A stretch of 64,000 nt of DNA, taken from assembly GCA_037137535.1 (NCBI GenBank), contig JBAXKC010000003.1, forward strand, positions 59,387 to 123,386, in the 5' to 3' direction. This DNA comes from a bacterium. Its GTDB lineage: Bacteria; Cyanobacteriota; Vampirovibrionia; Gastranaerophilales; JBAXKC01. Positions 10,034-19,224 of the stretch are shown piece by piece (within the stretch, counting starts at the first letter, position 1; each line of letters opens with the position of its first letter). Under the pieces are notes generated by a model. That model was not told where the DNA came from, made no database searches, and saw nothing but the letters and a program-made list of their open reading frames with translations. Made by a program: the position numbers and the translations under genes.

Positions 10034-12073
10034 TTATAAAATAACAGTTGATTTTTTTAAAAGGTAACGTCTTAATTTTTCTACAAGAATTTTTATGTCT
10101 ATTGGTTTACTTATGTAATCGTCCATTCCTGCCTCAAGACATTTCTGCCTGTCAGTGTCAAGTACATAGGCTGTTACTGCTATAATTGGTGTATTTTTAT
10201 AGTTATCTAGTTCTTTTATCTTTGAACAAGCTTCATAGCCATCCATAATAGGCATTTGACAGTCCATTAAGATAAGGTCATAGGTTTTTGTTTTGCATAA
10301 ATTTAATGTTTCTTTTCCGTTTCTTGCAACATCAAAGTTTAAGCCTAAATGATTTAAAACCTCTATTGCAAATTGTATATTTATCTCATTGTCTTCTGCG
10401 ATTAATATTTTAAATTTACTTAATTCATTATGGGTATCGTTGATATCTATTTTAGTTAAAAGTTCTTCTTCAGGTTCATTATCGATTTTAGTTATGGAAT
10501 TTAAAATATAATTTTGTAGCACATCTTTTTTTATAGGTTTATGAAGATAGCCTAGAAAATTTCTTTCGCCCAATATCATTTCAGGATTTTTAACATTTGT
10601 TGTAATTGCAATAATCTGTAAATCGCTCAATTTGTCATTAAATGTCATTAAATATGAAATAAAATCATGGTTTTTGCATAAAGTATTATAATTTATGATT
10701 AAGAAATCAGTCTTTTTATTATTTTTAAGGTATCTTACTCCATCTTCAAAGTTTTTTACAGTTTGAGTCTGACAATTTAATTCATTTAAATAGCTTTCTA
10801 TTATCCTTGTATTTGTTTCATCAGGTTCAATAATTACAATATTTATTTTGGAAAGTAATGATAAGACACACTTGTTTTCTGCACTTGGTTTTAAAGATAG
10901 TGTAAATATGGCTTCAGTGCCTTTAGTAGAGCTATTTATTTTTATTTTCCCGCCCATCATTTCAATAAGATTTTTTGTTATTGCAAGACCTAAGCCTGTT
11001 CCTCCAAATTTTCTTGTTGTTGATATATCAGCTTGAGTAAAGGGATCAAAGATACTTTCGAGTTTTTCTGCAGAAATCCCTATTCCTGTATCTTTTACTG
11101 TTATTTCAATTAAATTGTTATCATTTATATTCTCTTTTAATCGGGCTTCAATATAAATATAGCCTTCTTCAGTGAATTTTATGGCATTGCTTATAAGATT
11201 GTTTAATATTTGTTTTAATCTTGCAGAATCCCCATTCACAAATTTAGGAACTTGTGGATATATAAGGCAGTTTAAGTTCAGATTTTTTAAGTCTGCCGTA
11301 GCTGAAGCGATAGAAAGAGATTCTTCAAGCACTGAATGTAGGTCAAATTTGATATTCTCTATATTTAGCTTACCGGCTTCAATTTTGGAAAAATCTAAAA
11401 TATCATTAATTATTGAAAGTAAGGTATTAGAAGAAATTTTAATCTTTTTTAAATAATCTTTTTGAATTGTATGAAGCTGAGTATTTTCTAATAATTGTAA
11501 AAAGCCTATTATGCAGTTGATGGGAGTTCTTATTTCATGACTCATCATTGCAAGAAATTCACTCTTTGTTTTATTTGCGCATTCTGCTTGGTCTTTAGAT
11601 CTAAGAACTTCCAGTTCCATTTTTTTTCGTTCTGAACATTCTTTAAGTACTCTTGCCTGTTTTCGTTCTTCAATGCACTGAAATAGGGCGATTAGATATT
11701 TTTTGTTATTAATTGAATCAAATGACATTTTTATTTCAACGTTTGAAAGTTTTCCGTTTTTTTGTTTTTGTATTGTTTCAAAGCTGAAATGCTCTTTTTC
11801 TTCTAGATATAAAGGTTTTAAAAATTCTTTTAACAGAGTTATTTCTGAAAAGTCGGGGAGGTATTCAAGAATTGTTTTATTTTCTAATTCTTCAAATGAA
11901 TAATCTAGGTGAATTTGAGCACCTCTATTTATATAAACATGTTTTAACGAATCGGGATCATAGATAAAAACAGGAATTAAAGAATTTTCCAGTATTTTAC
12001 CTATAGTTGTATATATTTGCTGTGATTTGTTTTCTATGCATAAATCACAGCATTTATTAGTGCATTGTTTCAT
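10034..12073 (-). CDS. hybrid sensor histidine kinase/response regulator (PAS-HisKA-HATPase-REC-REC)
   Basis: H-box MSHEIRTPIN, N-box NLISNAIKFT, G-boxes DTGIGI and GGTGLGL. The C-terminal receiver is canonical (LILMDCQMPIMDG). The middle receiver-like segment lacks the acceptor Asp context. Confidence 0.9.
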   Translation of the reverse strand: MKQCTNKCCDLCIENKSQQIYTTIGKILENSLIPVFIYDPDSLKHVYINRGAQIHLDYSFEELENKTILEYLPDFSEITLLKEFLKPLYLEEKEHFSFETIQKQKNGKLSNVEIKMSFDSINNKKYLIALFQCIEERKQARVLKECSERKKMELEVLRSKDQAECANKTKSEFLAMMSHEIRTPINCIIGFLQLLENTQLHTIQKDYLKKIKISSNTLLSIINDILDFSKIEAGKLNIENIKFDLHSVLEESLSIASATADLKNLNLNCLIYPQVPKFVNGDSARLKQILNNLISNAIKFTEEGYIYIEARLKENINDNNLIEITVKDTGIGISAEKLESIFDPFTQADISTTRKFGGTGLGLAITKNLIEMMGGKIKINSSTKGTEAIFTLSLKPSAENKCVLSLLSKINIVIIEPDETNTRIIESYLNELNCQTQTVKNFEDGVRYLKNNKKTDFLIINYNTLCKNHDFISYLMTFNDKLSDLQIIAITTNVKNPEMILGERNFLGYLHKPIKKDVLQNYILNSITKIDNEPEEELLTKIDINDTHNELSKFKILIAEDNEINIQFAIEVLNHLGLNFDVARNGKETLNLCKTKTYDLILMDCQMPIMDGYEACSKIKELDNYKNTPIIAVTAYVLDTDRQKCLEAGMDDYISKPIDIKILVEKLRRYLLKKSTVIL

Positions 12074-12378
12074 TAAAATATATTCTCTTAGGGTTTTTAC
12101 TATTATACTTTACTAAAAAAACATTATTTGTTAAATAGTGGTTAAAAATATTTAACATTGAAATTATATTTATTATGATAAATTATTGGGGCTAAATATG
12201 TATTTGAATACATGTTTTAAATTACTTTTTTATTGCACTGAATTTAGAGGCAAATATTCACCAATCACTATTAATTGAGTAGGTTTTTATATTGCACTAC
12301 ATTTTGCAAACAAAGATGAAAGCCTTTTAGTTCATTACATAATCTCAAATTAATTAAATAACTTTAAAGCTCTAAAAT

Positions 12379-12408
12379 AAAAGAGGCTTTAAATTTAAAG
12401 CCTCTTAA
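12379..12408 (-). terminator. rho-independent terminator downstream of cobO
   Basis: Perfect palindrome AAGAGGCTTTAAA/TTTAAAGCCTCTT, followed on the minus strand by a T-rich run. Confidence 0.6.
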
Positions 12409-12427
12409 ACTTATGAATACTTTATTA

Positions 12428-12967
12428 TTAGTATTCGATACCCCTTCTTGCCATCACCCCATTATCAAAATAATGTTTTACAGGCTTCATTTCAGTAACG
12501 AGATGAGCCATTGCTATAATTTCAGGATGAGCTTTTCTTCCCGTAAGAACTATTTCAAGGTTTTGCGGTTTATTTTGCAAAACTTCTTTTAGCTCGGAAA
12601 CTTTTATCATTCCAAGGTCAACGCATACGTTTATTTCGTCAAGGATTATAAGTTGGTATTTATTGCTCATAATGGCATCTTTAGCAAGTTGCCAGCCTTT
12701 TCTGGTTTCTTTATAGTCTTCTATATTTATATTATGTGAATAAACAACTCTATCAAGTCCAAATTGAGCAAAATCAAGATTTGGCATAAGTTTTGAAGAA
12801 CTTGCAAGTTCTCCGTAAAAATTACTGTCTGATTGTTCGCCTTTTGTAAACTGTGCGATAAGTACATTCCAACCATGACCGATTGCTCTTAATGCTAATC
12901 CTAAAGATGCAGTGGTTTTGCCTTTGCCATCTCCTGTATAGATTTGAATATATCCATTTTCCAGCAT
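12428..12967 (-). CDS. cobO: cob(I)yrinic acid a,c-diamide / cob(I)alamin adenosyltransferase (CobA/CobO/BtuR family)
   Basis: 179 aa. P-loop GDGKGKTTASLGLALRAIGHG, QFTKG, LIILDEIN, VLTGR, and C-terminal RRGIEY. Confidence 0.85.
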   Translation of the reverse strand: MLENGYIQIYTGDGKGKTTASLGLALRAIGHGWNVLIAQFTKGEQSDSNFYGELASSSKLMPNLDFAQFGLDRVVYSHNINIEDYKETRKGWQLAKDAIMSNKYQLIILDEINVCVDLGMIKVSELKEVLQNKPQNLEIVLTGRKAHPEIIAMAHLVTEMKPVKHYFDNGVMARRGIEY

Positions 12968-13428
12968 TTTAGTCCTCCAGTCGAACTTATGATAATGTTA
13001 TAAGTCAGTTTTAAAATCAGAATGAAAAACACCCCAGTCTACTTGATATAGTTAGGGAAAATCGTCTTTAAATTACTAAAATCTTCTGCTTATTTATAGT
13101 AAATCAAATTTAATAATGGGTGGCAAATTTATTTCAATAATTTACATTGTAAAACTTTTAAACAGGTTAAAATCCCTATGCTATATACCATTAAGTAGAG
13201 TGAATAAGATTGTAACTTTAGATTTATTCATTATTCTTAAAAAACTATTGCTTTAATTAAAAACAAACAGCATTAAGTTATTTATTCTCTGAAGTTAAGC
13301 GAAAGTAAGAGTATCAAGTTATAAAATCGTAAAAAATAAATTATAATGGCTTTTTAACAATCATAATAAATACATATCTTGTTTAAGGTATAATTACAGT
13401 TAAAATTCTAATAATAAGTGAGGGTAAA

Positions 13429-16095
13429 ATGCAAAATCTTTCAACTACATATAATCCACAAGAAACAGAAAATAAAATCTATACTTTTTGGGAAGAAAAT
13501 GACTGTTTCAAGGCAGATGCAAGCAGTGATAAACCAGCATACAGCATGGTTATTCCACCGCCTAACGTAACAGGCGTTTTACACATGGGGCATGCTCTTG
13601 ACGGTACAATGCAGGATATTCTTATCAGATACCACAGAATGATGGGCTATGAAGCTCTATGGCTTCCCGGTACAGACCATGCAGGAATTGCAACTCAAAA
13701 TGTAGTTGAAAAAAAACTCAGAGATGAAGGTCTTTCAAGGCATGATCTCGGCAGGGAAAAATTTATTGAAACAGTATGGACTTGGGCAAATGAGCATAAA
13801 AGTAAGATATTAAACCAATTTAAAAGACTGGGGGCTTCTTTTGACAGATCAAGAGAGCGTTTTACTCTTGATGAAGGTTGTTCTGAAGCAGTAAAGCATG
13901 TTTTTGTTGACCTGTATAACAAAGGGCTTATTTATAAAGGGCAATACACAGTAAATTGGTGTCCTAGATGTCATTCAGCTATCAGCGATATAGAAACCGA
14001 ATACGTTACAGAACAAGGTCATTTATGGGAAATAAGCTATCCTTTAAAGGATGAATTCGGTGCAATTGTTATTGCAACTACAAGACCTGAAACTATGTTC
14101 GGAGATGTGGCAATTGCCGTTAATCCTAACGATTACAGATATAAATCCTTTATTGGAAAAACAGTTTCTATTCCATTATCAGGAAAAGAAATTCCGATTA
14201 TTGCAGATGAAGCTGTAGAAATGGATTTTGGAACAGGAGCTTTAAAAATTACACCTGCTCATGATCCTAATGATTATGAAGTCGGTAAAAGACATGGATT
14301 TGAGCCTGTTTGGATTATGGATACAGAAGCAAAGCTTATTGACAGACAAGATATTCCTTATGACGTAAGGGGTTATGATAGATACGAAGCAAGGGCAAAA
14401 ATCATTGAGCTTCTTAAAATTAGAGGTCAGCTTATAAGAACTATTCCTCATGAACATAACGTAGGTCATTGTCAGAGATGTAGCGAAACTATTGAGCCTT
14501 ATCTTTCTGAACAATGGTTTGTCAAAATGACACCGCTTGCTGAAAGACCTGTAAATGCTATAAAAACAGGCGAATTGAATTTTATTCCTGAAAGATGGAC
14601 AAAAACTTATCTTGACTGGATGGAAAATATTAGAGATTGGTGCATAAGCAGACAATTATGGTGGGGGCATCAAATTCCTGCATTTTATTGTGATGATTGT
14701 AAGGAAATGATGGTATCAATAGAAAGACCTTCAAAATGTACTAAATGTAGTTGCACAAATATTACTCAGGACAGCGATGTTCTTGATACATGGTTCTCTT
14801 CAGCTCTATGGCCGTTTTCAACAATGGGTTGGCCTGATTTTGAAAGTGCTGATTTTAAAAAGTTTTATCCAACCTCAACACTTGTAACAGGATTTGACAT
14901 TATCTTTTTCTGGGTAGCAAGAATGGTTGTAATGGGTTATCACTTTACCGATAAATCACCGTTTGAAAATGTATTTATTCATGGACTTGTAAGAGATGAG
15001 CATGGACAAAAAATGAGTAAATCAAAAGGAAATACAATAGATCCGGTTGAAGTTATAGACCAATACGGTTGTGATGCCTTAAGATTTACGCTTACAAACC
15101 TTGTAACCTACGGTGGACAGGATATTAAAGTTTCAAACGAACGCTTTGAATTCGGTAGAAACTTTGCAAATAAAATCTGGAACGCTTCAAGATTTGTGCT
15201 TATGAACCTTGAAGGGGTTGATCAAAATCCTATCAACTTTGAAAACCTAACTATTGTAGATAAATGGGTGCTTCATAAATTAAACGAAGCGTCTGATTTA
15301 ATGAATAAAAACATTAAAACTTTCCGCCCCGGTGAAGCAAGCAGTATAATTTATGAGTTTTTCTGGAATACCTATTGTGATTGGTATGTTGAGCTTGCAA
15401 AAGTTCAGCTTCAAGATGAAAACCTTAAAGCAAATACTCAAAGAGTGTTAAAATATGTTCTTGAAAAAACTTTAAGACTGCTTCATCCTGTAATGCCACA
15501 TATTACAGAGGAAATTTGGCAAATATTACCTGCTGATGACCTTAAAGACGGTTTAGTCAGTATAATGAAAGCTGATTATCCTCAATTTAACGAAAGTTTT
15601 GTAAATGTTGAATCTGATAAAGCGATGGACTTTATTATTGAAGCCGTAAGAAATATTAGAAATGCCAGACAAACTTTGAATATTGCACCTTCAGTTCGCA
15701 TAAAAACCTTTATATATGCTCAGGACAGTTTTGAATATGCAACATTAGAAGCGGCTAAACCTTATCTTTCAACGCTTGCAAAAATTGAGGAATTCAATAT
15801 ATCAAACGAAGAATGCAGGGAAATACCGCCTCAATCAGCAACAGCCGTTGTAGGAAGTTCAAAAATTATCATTCCTCTTGCTGGACTTATTGATATTGAA
15901 AAAGAAACTGCAAGACAGAATAAAAAGCTTGAAACCCTTGTAAAAGAGCTTAACAGTCTTGAAGGACGCATGAAAAACGAGAAATTTGTGAGTAATGCTC
16001 CTGCTGATGTTCTTGAACAAACCCGCTCGAGAATTGAAGAAATTAAAGTTCAATCAACAGCAATTAATGAGCTTTTGGCTTCGTTAAAAGGTTAA
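13429..16095 (+). CDS. valS: valine--tRNA ligase
   Basis: 888 aa. HIGH-type motif (LHMGHAL), KMSKS, a CP1 editing domain and a C-terminal coiled coil. SD GAGGG lies upstream. Confidence 0.97.
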   Translation: MQNLSTTYNPQETENKIYTFWEENDCFKADASSDKPAYSMVIPPPNVTGVLHMGHALDGTMQDILIRYHRMMGYEALWLPGTDHAGIATQNVVEKKLRDEGLSRHDLGREKFIETVWTWANEHKSKILNQFKRLGASFDRSRERFTLDEGCSEAVKHVFVDLYNKGLIYKGQYTVNWCPRCHSAISDIETEYVTEQGHLWEISYPLKDEFGAIVIATTRPETMFGDVAIAVNPNDYRYKSFIGKTVSIPLSGKEIPIIADEAVEMDFGTGALKITPAHDPNDYEVGKRHGFEPVWIMDTEAKLIDRQDIPYDVRGYDRYEARAKIIELLKIRGQLIRTIPHEHNVGHCQRCSETIEPYLSEQWFVKMTPLAERPVNAIKTGELNFIPERWTKTYLDWMENIRDWCISRQLWWGHQIPAFYCDDCKEMMVSIERPSKCTKCSCTNITQDSDVLDTWFSSALWPFSTMGWPDFESADFKKFYPTSTLVTGFDIIFFWVARMVVMGYHFTDKSPFENVFIHGLVRDEHGQKMSKSKGNTIDPVEVIDQYGCDALRFTLTNLVTYGGQDIKVSNERFEFGRNFANKIWNASRFVLMNLEGVDQNPINFENLTIVDKWVLHKLNEASDLMNKNIKTFRPGEASSIIYEFFWNTYCDWYVELAKVQLQDENLKANTQRVLKYVLEKTLRLLHPVMPHITEEIWQILPADDLKDGLVSIMKADYPQFNESFVNVESDKAMDFIIEAVRNIRNARQTLNIAPSVRIKTFIYAQDSFEYATLEAAKPYLSTLAKIEEFNISNEECREIPPQSATAVVGSSKIIIPLAGLIDIEKETARQNKKLETLVKELNSLEGRMKNEKFVSNAPADVLEQTRSRIEEIKVQSTAINELLASLKG

Positions 16096-16112
16096 GAGAA
16101 ATAATATAAAAC

Positions 16113-16145
16113 AAAAACCGCTCGCAAGGGTGGTTTTTGTTTTAT
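16113..16145 (+). terminator. rho-independent terminator of valS
   Basis: Hairpin AAAAACCGCTC-GCAA-GGGTGGTTTTT with a GNRA-type tetraloop, followed by a T-run. Confidence 0.8.
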
Positions 16146-16184
16146 CATGACTGGTCTTTTAGTTTATAACAGGAGTTGCTAATA

Positions 16185-16493
16185 ATGGCTTTTTTAGGGA
16201 TTTTAGGTTTTAGTTTATTTTTGACAATAATTGTATTGATAATTACATCTATCATCACTTATTCACTTATAACTATGATTAAAGAAATAAAATTTATTCA
16301 AATATCATTATGGAACTTATTTATTATACTTTTGTCTCAGTTTTTCCTTATAAGTCTTTTTCACTCTCCAAAAGAGTCCCCTCTTGGCTCTGCAATATTT
16401 CAAACAGCTATATTCTTTAGTTTTATGTTTTATTTAGCAATACCAATTTCATACATAATTTATTGTTCAAATAAAATAAATAAAACTTCATAA
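16185..16493 (+). CDS. small hypothetical membrane protein (about 3 TM)
   Basis: Very hydrophobic ORF. The ATG at 16185 is preferred over the track's TTG at 16176. No recognisable family. Confidence 0.35.
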   Translation: MAFLGILGFSLFLTIIVLIITSIITYSLITMIKEIKFIQISLWNLFIILLSQFFLISLFHSPKESPLGSAIFQTAIFFSFMFYLAIPISYIIYCSNKINKTS

Positions 16494-16560
16494 ATTTATC
16501 GCCGCAGTTCAAAAAAAAATTTGTTAAGTTCAATTAATAAGCATTAAGGAGCTTTTTGTG

Positions 16561-18078
16561 CTATTTCTCAACCATAGCAAGCTTTTCCATCATTCTGCCT
16601 GCCCAGAATTTATCGCTGATTTGAACAGCTGCGTTTAATGATTTTTTATAAAGCTTTGCCGCTTTATCTTTTTGTCCGCTTTGCATCATAATATCGCCTG
16701 ATTGCTCATAGCTTTTTGCGTAGCCTGAAATATTTCCTGCCATAACATCAAATTTTACGGCTTTTGAATAATTTTCCAGAGCTTTTTTGTTATAGCCAAG
16801 ATCTCTGAATACTCCTGCAACGTTGCTCAAGACGGAGGATTTTCCAACATTGTCATCAAGCTGGCTTACTAGTGAATAAGCAACTTTATAATAATTGAGA
16901 GATTTTTTATAATCGCCTTTTACTGCAAACATATTGCCGATGTTGTTGAGTGTAAGAGATTGTCCCTGAATATTTTCAGTTTGTCCGTCAAGACCTAAAG
17001 CCGCAAAATAATGCTGTAAGGCTAAGTCAACCTTGCCCACATCATCATAAAGTGTCCCCATATTATAATGAGCTTTTGACTGAATTTCGTTATCGCCAAG
17101 AGCTTTTCCCGTAAGAGCAGCACTATTATAATATTCTAGCGATAAAGGAATATTATTATTCATATCGTGCATGTAGGCTAAATCCATGTAGATTTTTGCT
17201 TCGGTTTTTAAGTCGCCGATATTTCTTGCAACTTGTAAAGCCTTGTCATAACCGGGCATGGCTTTTTCAAATTCGCCCGAATCAACAAGCGATTCAAGTT
17301 GCTGATAGACTTTTAAAAGTTCTGTATTACTTGCTGTTAGCTCAGGAACTACGGGTTTTGTCGGTTGCCCGAGGTCAGCTTTTCTTGTAGTTATTTCAGT
17401 TTTTGTAGCAGAGAGTTGAATTGGAGGTTCAACAGAGGGAGCTTCTTCAATTAACTCTTCATAAGAGTGCGGTTCGTACTTTGTAACAGGAGTTGTTATT
17501 GTCGGCTCAACTTTTGTTGTTTGTTCTGCTTTCCAATTAATATTTTGAAGGAAAAGCGCTTTTACCCAGTTAGATACTACATCAGACGGTTTTCCTAAAC
17601 TATCTGTGATGAAAGTATCTAATACATTTGATGCGTTGAGTAAGTTTGATTTTATTATATTTACAGTAGGCTTTGGTTTTAGGGCTTGAATATGGACGAG
17701 ATCAAGATAGCCGTTTACTTCTTTTTCAATTTCGGGCGTAACACCTATTGCGCCTAATGTATTTTTAAAATCCACTAAAATCTGATTAACAGTTATAACA
17801 GTGCTGTTGTAGTCTATTGAGCTTTTTCTGTTAGGGCTTTTAGAGCTGCTTTGTTCGTCCCCTGCCTTTGATAAGGAAGGGTTTTCACTTTGGACTTTTT
17901 GCTCAGCATTGTTTGTCTCAGAAGTTTCTGCTTTTTTTAGCGGTCTTCTGATAATCTGAGGTCCATATGGATTATTATAAAGTTGATTTACTCCGTTATA
18001 CAAAGTACAACCGTCCCTCTTAGCTTCAGAGTCATAATTTAACCCTTTGCCATGCCCCAACAAATAAATGCTCAGCAA
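16561..18078 (-). CDS. TPR repeat protein with low-complexity N-terminal half
   Basis: The C-terminal ~250 aa contains repeated 34-aa TPR-like units (A..YY..A....GD...A..Y.N.G.). The only available start is a TTG without a clear SD, so the start is uncertain. Confidence 0.65.
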   Translation of the reverse strand: MLSIYLLGHGKGLNYDSEAKRDGCTLYNGVNQLYNNPYGPQIIRRPLKKAETSETNNAEQKVQSENPSLSKAGDEQSSSKSPNRKSSIDYNSTVITVNQILVDFKNTLGAIGVTPEIEKEVNGYLDLVHIQALKPKPTVNIIKSNLLNASNVLDTFITDSLGKPSDVVSNWVKALFLQNINWKAEQTTKVEPTITTPVTKYEPHSYEELIEEAPSVEPPIQLSATKTEITTRKADLGQPTKPVVPELTASNTELLKVYQQLESLVDSGEFEKAMPGYDKALQVARNIGDLKTEAKIYMDLAYMHDMNNNIPLSLEYYNSAALTGKALGDNEIQSKAHYNMGTLYDDVGKVDLALQHYFAALGLDGQTENIQGQSLTLNNIGNMFAVKGDYKKSLNYYKVAYSLVSQLDDNVGKSSVLSNVAGVFRDLGYNKKALENYSKAVKFDVMAGNISGYAKSYEQSGDIMMQSGQKDKAAKLYKKSLNAAVQISDKFWAGRMMEKLAMVEK

Positions 18079-18505
18079 ATAGCTGTTACTCTATATATAG
18101 TATCTCTTAAAACCCCAAAATCTTTTTACACCATATGGTTGATTTTTTAAATCATGTTGTATATCTTTTTACAAATTTACATTAAGGTTATAGATTATTT
18201 TAATGATTATTAGGAGGAAAGCAAAAAATCTTTCTGATTTAACACTTTATCTCTGATATAATCTGCCCGTAAGTTACTGATAATTTATGTATAGGTTTAT
18301 TTTCAGAATTTTAAAATATATTTTACTGTGATTTTTATTACCTATTGGGGGTTAATAATAAATATTTAATAATTGTTTTTTTAGTATAAGCATATATATT
18401 TATTTGCATGATTATTTGTATATTTATTTTAATATTTTAGCAATTTTTATTTTCAGTTACGTTTGATTATGTGAAACTAACATAGAAAGAAGGAGGTTAT
18501 TACAT

Positions 18506-19042
18506 ATGCAAATTAATACAACTCAAAATCACTATGCAAGTTCTTTAAATAAAAACAACCAACAAGTAGGTTTTGGTATGGCAAAAGTAGATTTAACAAA
18601 GGTTAAATATTTAATGCCTAAAACTGCTGAGGGACAAAAAGCTTTAGCGAGTGCAGTAGAGGTTTTTGAAAAAACAACAGCAGGTATTAAAGGTACTGTA
18701 GAATTAAACGTAAAGTCTTTAGACAGATATGCAAAAGAAGGAGCTAAAAGATCAGATGGTTTAGTTCAATATGCAGATGAAGGTCGCAGAGTAAGCGTAG
18801 GATCATTTAAACAAAAAATTAGTGCAATATTTAAGCCGGAAGAAAATAAGGGCTTATTTAATCTAGGAAACAAAAAAGTACCTCAAATTCAAATAGAAGA
18901 ATTAAATCGCTCTCCAATCGTTCAAGAAAGTGATTTTAATCTTGGTGCCTTTGCTCGTCAAGATAAAGACTGGCAGGAAAATGGGTTAACAGGAGCTGTA
19001 AAAAATCTTGCAAACGCTTTGAGCAAAGCGATTGGTAGATAA
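18506..19042 (+). CDS. hypothetical protein (orphan, no signal peptide)
   Basis: 178-aa ORF with a strong SD (GAAGGAGG, 9 nt before the ATG), its own terminator and a 427-bp AT-rich leader region. No family recognised. Confidence 0.6.
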   Translation: MQINTTQNHYASSLNKNNQQVGFGMAKVDLTKVKYLMPKTAEGQKALASAVEVFEKTTAGIKGTVELNVKSLDRYAKEGAKRSDGLVQYADEGRRVSVGSFKQKISAIFKPEENKGLFNLGNKKVPQIQIEELNRSPIVQESDFNLGAFARQDKDWQENGLTGAVKNLANALSKAIGR

Positions 19043-19121
19043 AACACTAAACGAATTCAAGAAAAAGTATCTAAATATTTATTAGAAATACTTTTATATT
19101 GATAATCTAATTTTTATATAA

Positions 19122-19164
19122 AAAGAGGCTGTTCCAAAAGTAAAAAGTAACAGCCTCTTTTTTG
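19122..19164 (+). terminator. rho-independent terminator
   Basis: AAAGAGGCTGTT...AACAGCCTCTTTTTTG hairpin plus T-run, downstream of the 18506-19042 ORF. Confidence 0.8.
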
Positions 19165-19224
19165 TAGGGTTCATTATATTTAAAATAATTTTCTTATATA
19201 AATTATTTTGTCAAGTTTAAAGCA

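Noticed and set aside
12226-12300. Direct repeat of TATTGCACT (12231-12239 and 12290-12298) upstream of the histidine kinase gene
   Set aside because: A 9-mer recurring once in a 354-bp AT-rich spacer is within chance expectation. It has no palindromic structure and no third copy.
13105-13135. AATAATGGGTGGCAAATTT, resembling the T-box motif (..GGGTGGTACCGCG), upstream of valS
   Set aside because: Only the GGGTGG core matches. It lies about 300 nt from the start codon. No specifier-loop/stem I features and no terminator/antiterminator pair are visible.
12968-13200. Possible cobalamin riboswitch upstream of cobO (minus strand)
   Set aside because: I could not find the B12 box (GCCACTG context) or the conserved GGGAA/GGTG core elements in the correct orientation and order. 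It remains a spacer worth a covariance-model scan, nothing more.
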